DNA of 64,000 nucleotides from an uncultured Methanosarcinales archaeon (lineage in GTDB: Archaea > Nanobdellota > Nanobdellia > Woesearchaeales > ARS49), in assembly GCA_964637115.1 (NCBI GenBank), contig CAZWVL010000004.1, forward strand, positions 75,258 to 139,257, in the 5' to 3' direction. A program made the position numbers and the translations under genes. Shown here in pieces: positions 1 through 8,819 of this stretch; positions within the stretch are counted from its first letter, which is position 1; every line of letters starts with the position of its first letter. The notes under the pieces are model-generated. The model saw only the letters and a program-made list of their open reading frames with translations. It had not been told where the DNA came from and did no database searches.

Positions 1-667
1 TTGCGTCAGCGCTTTCTTTCTTGAACGAATCATCAAGTGTTGTCGGCGCTATATTCAGGAATACGAATTTTGTGTGCTGGTATTCTTCGCTTTTAAGGGA
101 AGGAACTTTGTCTAAAGTAATATTTTCATAGCTGATTAACTGCGGAATGTTTTTTGTTAATTGTTTAAGGAATGAAATACTGCCTGATTCTTCTGTATAA
201 ACAAAGTAGTATTTGATGTTTGGATTTGTCAAATAAAGAAAGTTTGTAACACGATATGGCAGCTTTAATTCAAGTGCCCATACTGTTATGTCTTGATCTT
301 CAAGGAGTTCTGGCGCAAACATTGCTTTATCTCCAAATGGTTTTGGCGCGTTTTCTATTCTAAATCGGCAATTACACCCGGTTAAACATTCAAAGACGAT
401 GCCTTGCGGCGGAACAGGTAATCTCTGTGCTGTTCCTCTGCTCACTATCGCTCCTGTAAATATGTTTTCAATATCTGTTGCGAGAGTTAATTGTAGTTTT
501 TCCTGGCTGTATGCCCGTTGTTTGTACGCTACACTAAAGAAGAATGCTAAAATTAAAGCGCCTGCTATCAAAATGAAGATCCAGTGAAATTGTAACTCAA
601 ATCCCTTTTTGCTAAAAGGGTGCCGCAGTCCCCCGAAGGGGACTGCAGCGGTGCGGTCTATTGCCAT
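1..667 (-). CDS. Pilin-like protein with class III signal peptide-type N-terminus (3' end outside window)
   Basis: Absent from the ORF track because it runs off the window. My minus-strand translation from ATG 665-667 reads MAIDRTAAVPFGGLRHPFSKKG|FELQFHWIFILIAGALILAFFFSVAYKQ... and stays open to position 1. The start overlaps the stop (658-660) of the upstream gene. Confidence 0.55.
   Translation of the reverse strand, partial: MAIDRTAAVPFGGLRHPFSKKGFELQFHWIFILIAGALILAFFFSVAYKQRAYSQEKLQLTLATDIENIFTGAIVSRGTAQRLPVPPQGIVFECLTGCNCRFRIENAPKPFGDKAMFAPELLEDQDITVWALELKLPYRVTNFLYLTNPNIKYYFVYTEESGSISFLKQLTKNIPQLISYENITLDKVPSLKSEEYQHTKFVFLNIAPTTLDDSFKKESADA
625..646 (-). other. 9-bp hairpin with C(UUCG)G tetraloop on the mRNA strand
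   Basis: Plus strand GCAGTCCCC-CGAA-GGGGACTGC. On the minus strand the loop reads TTCG. It lies between the stop of the 180-aa gene and the pilin-type motif of the next gene. Confidence 0.65.
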
Positions 668-1200
668 TGTGATACTTTTGCCTTTTTGCCCGTTCCCTCT
701 AGGCGTACGGTAACTCCATTAACGTTTGGAATGCATACTGAGCCGTTGGCTACTTGCAAATCTGGGAAGTAAAAGTTTTCGAGTGCTCTTGGAACAACAA
801 ACACGTTTCCGCTTTTTACGGCGCAGGCGTCTTGTGCCCACGGAACTTTGATTTCTTGGTTTGGCAGCACGAGTTCTGGTGTTGTTGTTGAACAAGTCAT
901 TGGGTCGAGAAAGCATACGCCAAAGTATTTGCTGGGCAGTTTCAAAGTGACTTTTCTTACCGTGCCAAAATCTCTTTTGACGCTTTCAACTGCTGTTTCC
1001 AAGTCTGTTTTGAAATCTATTATTACGACTTGTTCTTGCCGCTCAATAAAAAACTTGACTGCCTTGTAGCCGTATGAAATTATTAGCACAAACACCAGTC
1101 CTGCGAGTATGTAGATGAAGACTTGTCCCATTATTTGGCCTCTTCTCTTATACCCGCCACGCGCTTTTACAATTAAATCAGCGTTTGTGCCTTTTCCCAT
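658..1200 (-). CDS. Small membrane-anchored pilin-like protein (class III signal peptide-type N-terminus)
   Basis: 180-aa ORF. N-terminus MGKGTNADLIVKARGGYKRRG|QIMGQVFIYILAGLVFVLIISYGY has basic residues plus Gly followed by a hydrophobic helix. It overlaps the upstream giant gene by 23 nt. Confidence 0.55.
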   Translation of the reverse strand: MGKGTNADLIVKARGGYKRRGQIMGQVFIYILAGLVFVLIISYGYKAVKFFIERQEQVVIIDFKTDLETAVESVKRDFGTVRKVTLKLPSKYFGVCFLDPMTCSTTTPELVLPNQEIKVPWAQDACAVKSGNVFVVPRALENFYFPDLQVANGSVCIPNVNGVTVRLEGTGKKAKVSQWQ

Positions 1201-4200
1201 AGTGTTCCAGTTCTTTTTCCAGTTCTTCTTTGTGTGTCTTGTAGTATTCTGCGGTTATCTTGAGTTTGTGGAACAGTTCTTCCATTTCTTCTTTTGATAG
1301 AAGTCCTGCTTTCAGAAGCTTGTATTTTACCAGCAGATCTTTCTGCTCGTCCTCGCCTAGTTCTTCGAGCATTGTGCGCAATTTCATTAATGGCGCTTCT
1401 GTTGTTGCTTTTTCTTTGTGTGCCATTTTGCGAAGTTGTTCGAGTGCTTCGTGGAATTTCTTTGGTGGAAGTGGTTTTTTCTTGATTTCTTTTTCCAGGG
1501 GAATCCAGTTTTTGTCTGGTAATTCTTCTTCTTTGGCGAACGTGCGCAGTTTTTCTATTTCGTCTTCAATGATTTTCTTTACTGGCTTTTCTTCTGCTTT
1601 TGCTGTTGGAACAACTGGTTTTCTTTTTTCTTTTTGTTGTAAAAGCACTATATAGCCCCCATATCCAATGCCTGTTATTGCCAGCAGTATGAATAACACT
1701 TTGAGGAATCCTAAAAATCCTGATGGCGGGTGGCTTGCGGGGTCTAGTGGGTCTGTTCCTTTTTCTACTTCAACACCGTCTTTCCATCCATCTCCATCCG
1801 TGTCTTTTTTAACCGGATTTGTTCCTAATTTGAATTCTTGTAAATTGGTTAGCTTGTCTTTGTCAGGGTCCGCGTCTTCAGCTGCTTCTGGGCAGTCGAT
1901 GCAGCCGAAATTGTCCATCCGCCACCTGTCGTTTATTTCGTCGCCGAGTGTAAAGGTTTGTGATGGCCCGCAGCCTCTTTCATCTATTTGCTCATCTGCC
2001 GGCGTGTTCAAACATTTGTCAACATCATCCGTTATTCCGTCAAGGTCTTCGTCTCCTGCTGGTTCTGAACTGCAAATTTTCAAGTCTAGCTTGCACCATA
2101 GTGGCGTTTCGCAGTCTATGTTTTCTTCGCAGTTCTTGCCTTCTTTGCATCTGTCGCATGGTCCTCCGCAGTCTATGTCTGTTTCGCCTGGGTCATTGAC
2201 TTTGTTTGCACAGGGCGGAGCATCAGTGCAAACACTTTTCAAAAGATCGCAGTATCCTGAATCACAGTCATCGTGTCTTATGCATCCTTTGTCGTTTTCG
2301 CATTTGTTGCATACTTGTCCACCGCAATCCACGTCTGATTCGAGACCGTTCATTACGCCGTCATCACATGCTGCAACTTTGCAAATGTTGTCTTGGCAGT
2401 AGTTTGTCGCGCAATCTTCGTTCGAAATGCACGCTGCTCCTTCAGGACAGCCGTCGCACTCTCCCCCACAGTCTACCCCTACTTCTCCAATACTCTTTTC
2501 GCCGTCTTGGCAAGGCTCTGGTTCTCTTGATATGTCCACTTTGACTCCATCACTTTCCATTGGCTCGCTGATCAAGCCAACTTGGCTTACTGCCTTGACT
2601 GAGAAGCTATAGCGTTTGTTGTTTTGCAGGGGTAATGGTGAACCGTTTTGTGTTCGCGAGATGTAGTGATACTCTCCATTCGTAACATTGCTTACTAAGT
2701 CTTTTATTACTATTTGTTTTTCCGGTAGTCCTTGTAATGTTACAAGGTAGTGTGATATATTGACATCTTCATCTTTTCCTTTGAACGCTACCCTTATCTT
2801 GCTCTTTGACCAAGTGATTTCTGGGTCGTCTTCAAACACTCCATCGTCCTTAACGTATTCCATTGTTGGCGGAGTTGTGTCTATCAGCACTGGTATTGTT
2901 ATGACGTCAGATTGTTCTCCTGACACGTGCATACACTTGACATAGTAGGTATAATCTCCTGGGTTGCTGACTGTTATAAACTGCCATTGTGTGTATCCTG
3001 AGGTGCACGCGCCCATACATCTTGTCGTATCATCTGGTCTTTCCCCAAAGTAGCAGAATACTCTTTTGTTTGCAACAACTCCAATGGTAAAGTTCAGAGT
3101 TCCAAATCCGATTGGCGTGCTGCTGGAAACATTTAATGGCAGGGATAAGTCAACCGTGAATGGCACGGATATTGGCTCCGAGACCAACTGATTTTTCCCT
3201 TTGCAGGTGATGTGGTAAGAATATGATTTTTTTTCTGTGACGTTTACCGGCGCTCCAAGGACTTGTTTTGGCAGTACGTCATATCCTGGAAACTTATTTT
3301 CCATTTGTGGGAAGTTGCTTGATATCAGTGAGTATTTGCAAAATCCTGGCTTGTCAAGCTGTACTTTGAGTGTTGTTGCGTAAATTTCTTTGGCCGGGAT
3401 GTATTGTTCTGCTATTACTGCGGGTTCTGCGTATGCTTTTACAATGTTTATCGGTTCTGTGTCTTGTGTGAGGTTGAATGTTCTTTGCACAATTCCGAAT
3501 TCTGCAAACTTGCAGTAGACGTGGATTGGATACTCGCGTTGTGCATTGAATGGTATCGCGACTTCTGTTGCCGTGTGGATTGTTCCTGTTCCTTCAAATG
3601 CTATGAAGATTTCAAAGTCTGATGGGTTTGGCGCTGTTGGAGTGTCGTATACGTATGCGCAGGTGCTTGGCAGTGGTGTTTCTATAGTCACGTTGAATAT
3701 TGAGAATGGTGTGACGCCAAATGCTGGTGCAAGCAGTCTGATACTTGGTTTTTTAGTCGCGATATAGAAGCTGCTTTGTTTGTAGATATCTAATCCATTG
3801 AAACCTTGCGCGTCTACTGCAATTGTAACTTTTCCTCCAACCACATTGTCTATTTTTGCAGTAAATGTTTGGTTGTTGGTTGTTTTGAATAATGTTGTAA
3901 TGTCTCTTGAGGTTTGTTTTGGAACATAAGGATCGTCAAATGCATCCGACAGCAATTGCACGGAATCGAGCGTGACTTGTTTGGTGAAATTTAATTCCAC
4001 GTCTACACTTGTTTTGTTGAAGTAGCTTCCATCTGGTGGAGTAATTGTTAAGCCGGCCAGTTCAGGGTCTACAACAAGTATGTAACTGATGCCTGGGGGA
4101 TCAACATAGATGTTTTTTGCGTTATGGCCATTGACGCTGAAATTGTACACTCCCAGCAAGTCTGATATTGGTACGAAGTTGTGCATTGCTGCCATTCCTG

Positions 4201-6277
4201 ATGTTTCTTGTTGCAGCGCAATGCCTTCTCCTGGTCGCGAAATATCTACATATGTTATTTGCGTTGGCTCGTCAAAGAGCATTGTGAATGTTGGCCGTTT
4301 TGCTGACGTGTAGATTGTCTTGCCGATTACTCTGCCTCCGGTGATATTGATTCCTAGCAGTCTTGGGCCGTTGCAGTTGTCGCAGCTGTAAATGTCAATG
4401 TGCTTGATTATTTCGAGATTGTTTGCCGCGTCTCTGCCGTAAAACCACAATGTGTTGTTTCCTGCAGAGAACTTGGCGACTGTTTTGTTGCCGTCTTTTA
4501 GTACCGTGTTCTTCAAGCTCAATCTTGTTGAGTTTGTCACAATGCTGTACGATTGCGCATTTAGGCAGGAATTGGTCGAATTTTGTACGCAAAGATATGC
4601 TTTGTATCCTGGCATGCCAGTATAGTCTTGCAGCGGGCTTGTTTTGTTTATCTTGTCAAACAATCTAATGTTGATGTAGTCTACTCTGTTTGCCTGGCCT
4701 GTTGGAATTAATGTTGACAGTGGAGGGAAGTAATCCATTTCGCAAGTTTTGTTTCCTGGCTTGCAGTCTTGGAATCCTGCTCCTGTGCTTCCGTCTGCGT
4801 TTTTGACACAGCCTACTGCCAGTCTGTATTCGCAAACTCCTATGCTGCAGATATCTGTGCTTTTTTGCGCTATGCTGTTATCTGGGTTTAGTCTGATTCC
4901 GTCAACTGGTGAGTTACATTGCAATGAAGTATAATCTGAACAGGATGCCTCATCACAGGTCTTGCTTACTTTTCTGTCCTTGTCAAAAAAGCACGGGTAG
5001 AGTGAGTTGCTTAGCGCGTTGCTTTTTTCTTCACGGCAGGCATCCCATATTAAGCTTGCTACGTCTGCATTTTCTATGCCTGTCGTGCCGTTTACGCTGC
5101 AGAGTTTGCAGTTGTTGTATCTTCTGTCGATGCACACTCCCACTCCTAAATCTTCGTATACATTGTTCCATTGGCATTCTCCTGCTCCGCAGTTGTCTTT
5201 CGCGCAGGCAGCTTTGCTTTTGTAGTCATAGCAAGTCATTTTAGGATCGCAGTTGTAGCACTTGTCTTTTACTGTGATGCTTTTATCATAGAAACAGTAA
5301 CGCGGGATATTTCCGAATAAATCGCAGGTTTGCGGAGTGGCATAAAGGCCGAATGGGTCAAATCCGTTGCTGCAGATTTCGCGGGTTGCACAGCGTGGTC
5401 CTTTTTCGTCTGAAATGCAAAACTCGTTCTTTCTGAAATCGCATTGCACTTTCGGACTTGGTTCTATCAGACGATTTTGGTCGTTGCAAAGCCAGGCCTT
5501 GTTTAGGCTTGTTGCGAATGTTACGTTAACATTTATTCCAAATGAAGAGGTGAATGCGAGTGCCTCTGTTCCTCCATAGCCGAATTTGGTCAGATAACTT
5601 CTGAATTGGTCATAGTAGAAGTAATTGACGCAGAAAGTGTTTTCTTGTTGGTGCCAGCATTCAATGTCTCCTGCATTGCCTGTTGCAGAGGCTGGATCGC
5701 TGTCTCCTGCAATGGTGTAGTGGGCTACAACAGAATACGTGTAATCCATATTAAATTCGAGGTCCACATCTTCATCTGTGAAAACTGTTGCTGAGGGCGT
5801 TATCGCAATGCTTTTGAAATTCTCACATCCTGTTCCCGCACAACGCGATATGTTCAGATAGTCTGCCGTGCATGGCAGGATGAACGTTAGTCTCAACGCT
5901 TTTTTTCCCTTGATTGATATTATGTTCAAATTTTCCGGTGCTGGTTTGTATGCGGGACTGCCGCATCCGGTGATGATTGGCGCGCAGTCTCCTGGACAGG
6001 CTGTTGCTGTTTCTCCTGGTTGGCAGACGCCGTCTCCGCAGAGTACCGCTCCGGGTGGAGCGAGTGTTGCGTTGCAGTGTTTGCTACACGTGATTGCAAT
6101 GCTCGGAGGCGGGCCGATAAATGTGAAACCCCGTTCTGCGCATTCTGCTGGTGTTGAGAAGCTGCCGTTCTTGACAACTGGGTCGCAGCAGCAGCCGACT
6201 TCTTGTGCGCTTGAGAAGAGCGGTATGGCTAGCAGAATTGCTGCAATAATTGTTGTTATGATTATCGCTCTTCGCAT
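1178..6277 (-). CDS. Giant (1699 aa) Cys-rich type I membrane surface protein, putative adhesin
   Basis: Sec-type signal MRRAIIITTIIAAILLAIPLFSSAQE and very many Cys. Three tandem DCGG-x-C modules. Asp-rich Ca-binding-type repeats (DTDGDGWKDGVEVEKGTDPLDP, DEDLDGITDDVDKC). One TM (FLGFLKVLFILLAITGIGYGGYIVLL) is followed by a 153-aa K/E-rich tail. Confidence 0.85.
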   Translation of the reverse strand: MRRAIIITTIIAAILLAIPLFSSAQEVGCCCDPVVKNGSFSTPAECAERGFTFIGPPPSIAITCSKHCNATLAPPGAVLCGDGVCQPGETATACPGDCAPIITGCGSPAYKPAPENLNIISIKGKKALRLTFILPCTADYLNISRCAGTGCENFKSIAITPSATVFTDEDVDLEFNMDYTYSVVAHYTIAGDSDPASATGNAGDIECWHQQENTFCVNYFYYDQFRSYLTKFGYGGTEALAFTSSFGINVNVTFATSLNKAWLCNDQNRLIEPSPKVQCDFRKNEFCISDEKGPRCATREICSNGFDPFGLYATPQTCDLFGNIPRYCFYDKSITVKDKCYNCDPKMTCYDYKSKAACAKDNCGAGECQWNNVYEDLGVGVCIDRRYNNCKLCSVNGTTGIENADVASLIWDACREEKSNALSNSLYPCFFDKDRKVSKTCDEASCSDYTSLQCNSPVDGIRLNPDNSIAQKSTDICSIGVCEYRLAVGCVKNADGSTGAGFQDCKPGNKTCEMDYFPPLSTLIPTGQANRVDYINIRLFDKINKTSPLQDYTGMPGYKAYLCVQNSTNSCLNAQSYSIVTNSTRLSLKNTVLKDGNKTVAKFSAGNNTLWFYGRDAANNLEIIKHIDIYSCDNCNGPRLLGINITGGRVIGKTIYTSAKRPTFTMLFDEPTQITYVDISRPGEGIALQQETSGMAAMHNFVPISDLLGVYNFSVNGHNAKNIYVDPPGISYILVVDPELAGLTITPPDGSYFNKTSVDVELNFTKQVTLDSVQLLSDAFDDPYVPKQTSRDITTLFKTTNNQTFTAKIDNVVGGKVTIAVDAQGFNGLDIYKQSSFYIATKKPSIRLLAPAFGVTPFSIFNVTIETPLPSTCAYVYDTPTAPNPSDFEIFIAFEGTGTIHTATEVAIPFNAQREYPIHVYCKFAEFGIVQRTFNLTQDTEPINIVKAYAEPAVIAEQYIPAKEIYATTLKVQLDKPGFCKYSLISSNFPQMENKFPGYDVLPKQVLGAPVNVTEKKSYSYHITCKGKNQLVSEPISVPFTVDLSLPLNVSSSTPIGFGTLNFTIGVVANKRVFCYFGERPDDTTRCMGACTSGYTQWQFITVSNPGDYTYYVKCMHVSGEQSDVITIPVLIDTTPPTMEYVKDDGVFEDDPEITWSKSKIRVAFKGKDEDVNISHYLVTLQGLPEKQIVIKDLVSNVTNGEYHYISRTQNGSPLPLQNNKRYSFSVKAVSQVGLISEPMESDGVKVDISREPEPCQDGEKSIGEVGVDCGGECDGCPEGAACISNEDCATNYCQDNICKVAACDDGVMNGLESDVDCGGQVCNKCENDKGCIRHDDCDSGYCDLLKSVCTDAPPCANKVNDPGETDIDCGGPCDRCKEGKNCEENIDCETPLWCKLDLKICSSEPAGDEDLDGITDDVDKCLNTPADEQIDERGCGPSQTFTLGDEINDRWRMDNFGCIDCPEAAEDADPDKDKLTNLQEFKLGTNPVKKDTDGDGWKDGVEVEKGTDPLDPASHPPSGFLGFLKVLFILLAITGIGYGGYIVLLQQKEKRKPVVPTAKAEEKPVKKIIEDEIEKLRTFAKEEELPDKNWIPLEKEIKKKPLPPKKFHEALEQLRKMAHKEKATTEAPLMKLRTMLEELGEDEQKDLLVKYKLLKAGLLSKEEMEELFHKLKITAEYYKTHKEELEKELEHYGKRHKR

Positions 6278-7734
6278 ATTGTTACCTGTAATGGGATTTC
6301 TTGCGAGTCATACCATTCATCCGGGTATGTGCTTCTGTCTTTTGCGTAGACTGTTATGCTGTAGGCAAAATTGGGTGCATCTTTGGAAATTTCATTTCCT
6401 CCGCTTGGCGGGAGGTGCACTGCATACGTGACCTTGTCTTCGTCCGGGTCTGATGCGTTCAATTGTATGAGATATGGATTCTGCACGTCTGCTTCTTGGC
6501 ACGGGTCATTGAATGACAGCACGTTATCCTGCACAGTAACTACCGTGCTTCTGCTTTCAGAAACGTGGAACGTTACATCTTTCAGTGGTGTTGTGTCTAT
6601 CTGCCATAATGCCGGTATTCTGTTTTTTCTGGGTATCCAGAATTCAAATGGCTTGTTTGCTACAACGCTTTGCGCGTCCTTTACTGAAACAAAGCTGTCT
6701 TCCCCGTATGGCAGGATGCCGACTGAGAATGCTCCGATGTTTTGCGGAGTGTAGGAAATGTCCGTGACATCAGAATCAATCATTTGCTTGACTGTATAGT
6801 AAATGGTTGCCAGTCTGACTGGTGCTTTGATTGCGAAGTCTGCAAGTAAGGTTTTATCTCCTCCTGGTGTTGTTACTTCAACTGGCCAGTCGAGTTCTAT
6901 TGTGATATATTGTTCTCCGGCGAATTGTTCTTGTCTTTGTGCAAAAATTAGCGTGGCTGTTGACTTTCCTCCAGTTATTGAGTATCCTTTTTCTTCAAAT
7001 GTTTTCCAGTCTACGCAGTTTGCTGTTTTTTTGGCAATAAATGTTTCAAGGTTTTCCTGTATCGAATTGCTTACGTATTCTCCTGTTTGTGCACTTACTT
7101 TGTACAACGATGGCATCGTGTTCTTGCCATAGTATCCTTTGAATAATGGAGTTGTTTCTCCTGGAGGATAGGGGAATCCAGGATACGGATATTCTGGCGG
7201 CTCTGAGAAAAATAGCGTGCTGACATTTCCTTCTGGCGGCAGGATTAGATATTGTACTTTTAGCTGTTCTGCCCTGTCAGGATCTGTGTACATTACAAAG
7301 CTTCCTGGTGCAGGTTCTGGTGTTATTCCTCCTTGGTTTTGATAAATTACTCCTCCTTGTCTGCCGATTAGCGAGAGTGCTTCAGTTGTTGCTAATGACA
7401 AACACGTTGTAATGTAGTCTTGTATTGGCTGTATGCCGAATTTTTCTGTGGTTTGCTGTGTTTGCTTTACTTCAATGCGCTGCTTCATTTTTGTGCCGAC
7501 ATATAGCGCGATTGAAAATGCGACGAGCACCAAGATTCCGATGATGATGAAGATTGTTATTTGTCCTCGTTTACGTGAAATCCTGGCCGCGCTGGTCTTA
7601 CGAACTGATTTTTCTCCCCCGTACTTGCAAGGGGGAGAAAAATCACCTCGACGCGGTCGAGGCACCGCGGCAAATATGTACAACAGTGATCTTATCACGG
7701 ACTCACCCTGAGCATTCCTACCACTTCTTCCCAC
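6262..7734 (-). CDS. Pilin-like surface protein with class III signal peptide-type motif (true start uncertain)
   Basis: 490-aa ORF. The motif SRKRG|QITIFIIIGILVLVAFSIALYVG begins at residue 53. The region before it contains two perfect hairpins. It overlaps both neighbours (16 nt and 40 nt). Confidence 0.7.
   Translation of the reverse strand: MGRSGRNAQGESVIRSLLYIFAAVPRPRRGDFSPPCKYGGEKSVRKTSAARISRKRGQITIFIIIGILVLVAFSIALYVGTKMKQRIEVKQTQQTTEKFGIQPIQDYITTCLSLATTEALSLIGRQGGVIYQNQGGITPEPAPGSFVMYTDPDRAEQLKVQYLILPPEGNVSTLFFSEPPEYPYPGFPYPPGETTPLFKGYYGKNTMPSLYKVSAQTGEYVSNSIQENLETFIAKKTANCVDWKTFEEKGYSITGGKSTATLIFAQRQEQFAGEQYITIELDWPVEVTTPGGDKTLLADFAIKAPVRLATIYYTVKQMIDSDVTDISYTPQNIGAFSVGILPYGEDSFVSVKDAQSVVANKPFEFWIPRKNRIPALWQIDTTPLKDVTFHVSESRSTVVTVQDNVLSFNDPCQEADVQNPYLIQLNASDPDEDKVTYAVHLPPSGGNEISKDAPNFAYSITVYAKDRSTYPDEWYDSQEIPLQVTICEER
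7607..7662 (-). other. Two adjacent perfect hairpins (14-bp and 7-bp stems) at an intercistronic junction
   Basis: GATTTTTCTCCCCC (7607-7620) pairs with GGGGGAGAAAAATC (7631-7644). CCTCGAC (7646-7652) pairs with GTCGAGG (7656-7662). Confidence 0.7.
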
Positions 7735-8819
7735 GCGTCTACAATGCTTTGTCTGATGTCAAACTTGTTGACTGGCGGATTCCTGTGCGCTGCAACGTAG
7801 AATTCTGACGCTGTTGGTTGTATTTCGCAGTTGGCTCTGCTGTCGTATCCTTTGATTATGTGGTCACAAGTGCCGTTTGGAAGGTTAATGTTTGAAAAGT
7901 ACCATCCTGCGTAATCAATTTGTGTTAGTGTAACGTTTTTTTGTCTAAAGCTGTAGACAAAGTCAAAGTCTTCTTTTGCAATGTAGATTTGCTTGAACGC
8001 TGGTGTTTGGTTGAAGAATGTGTAGTTGTATTGTGCTATGTCTGGATTGTACACGTGATCAAACACGTAATTTTTCAGTTTGTTGTATGGAGTCATGAAG
8101 AATTGTTCTGTTATTGGATTGACTGGTGGCAGGATTGCCGTGTGAGCGTAAATGATGCTTTTTGTGTCGTAGTTGTACCATACTCCGAACTCGCATAGGT
8201 CGTAGTCCTTGTCATTGTTGATCGCGTTGTCGCAGCTGTCTTCGCTCAAGTTCAGTGCGAGCAATGGGCTCTTTGAACCATCAATTTCTGTGTTTATGGC
8301 AGTTCCGAATGCTACATTGTTTCCGTGTCTTAAAACGCACACAGAGTTGACGCAGTTTCTTAATGCTCGGCCGCCTGTCGGCATGCAGAACTTTCCGAGG
8401 AAACTTATTACGGCGCCATAGTCTGTTCGGTATGAATACCGGTTGAATACTTTATCGTAATCGTCACAGTAGATGGAGAAGTTTGTCGGGCTCTGGTTGA
8501 GTGCAAGACTGATTAATTGTGTTGAAACAAGTTTTGTTCGTGAGCTCCACTGGCCCATGTCGCAGTAATTGTCTTCGATAAATTGCGTGTTGTTGATGCA
8601 TTTTGGCTTGTCTTCGTTGCTTTGTTCGCTCCAGTATCTGTCTGGGAAATTGTCCCATGCAGGATTAAATGCGTTGCTTACAAGGCATTGGCTTGTTTCT
8701 GTGCAGAATCCTATTGTTTTTCTGTCCCAATCTTGTCTTATGCTGACTTCAACCCAGTCTGCTGCTTGCACGAATGGTACTAGAATTAAGAACAGTAAAA
8801 CCAGATTTTTTACTGACAT
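7695..8819 (-). CDS. Secreted Cys-containing protein of unknown function
   Basis: 374-aa ORF with Sec-type signal MSVKNLVLLFLILVPFVQA|ADW. Many Cys and N-x-S/T sites. It overlaps the upstream gene by 10 nt. Confidence 0.7.
   Translation of the reverse strand: MSVKNLVLLFLILVPFVQAADWVEVSIRQDWDRKTIGFCTETSQCLVSNAFNPAWDNFPDRYWSEQSNEDKPKCINNTQFIEDNYCDMGQWSSRTKLVSTQLISLALNQSPTNFSIYCDDYDKVFNRYSYRTDYGAVISFLGKFCMPTGGRALRNCVNSVCVLRHGNNVAFGTAINTEIDGSKSPLLALNLSEDSCDNAINNDKDYDLCEFGVWYNYDTKSIIYAHTAILPPVNPITEQFFMTPYNKLKNYVFDHVYNPDIAQYNYTFFNQTPAFKQIYIAKEDFDFVYSFRQKNVTLTQIDYAGWYFSNINLPNGTCDHIIKGYDSRANCEIQPTASEFYVAAHRNPPVNKFDIRQSIVDAWEEVVGMLRVSP

Noticed and set aside
1640-1730. PGF-CTERM / archaeosortase-like sorting signal in the giant protein (PPSGF + TM + basic residues)
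   Set aside because: The motif is PSGF rather than PGF, and the TM is followed by a 153-aa tail. PGF-CTERM signals sit at the extreme C-terminus.
1668-2402. 244-aa Ser/Pro-rich plus-strand ORF, with several other plus-strand ORFs across 848-6431
   Set aside because: They are antisense to the strongly supported 1699-aa gene. Their low-complexity composition is typical of reverse frames of a Cys/Asp/Gly-rich CDS, and they have no start context.
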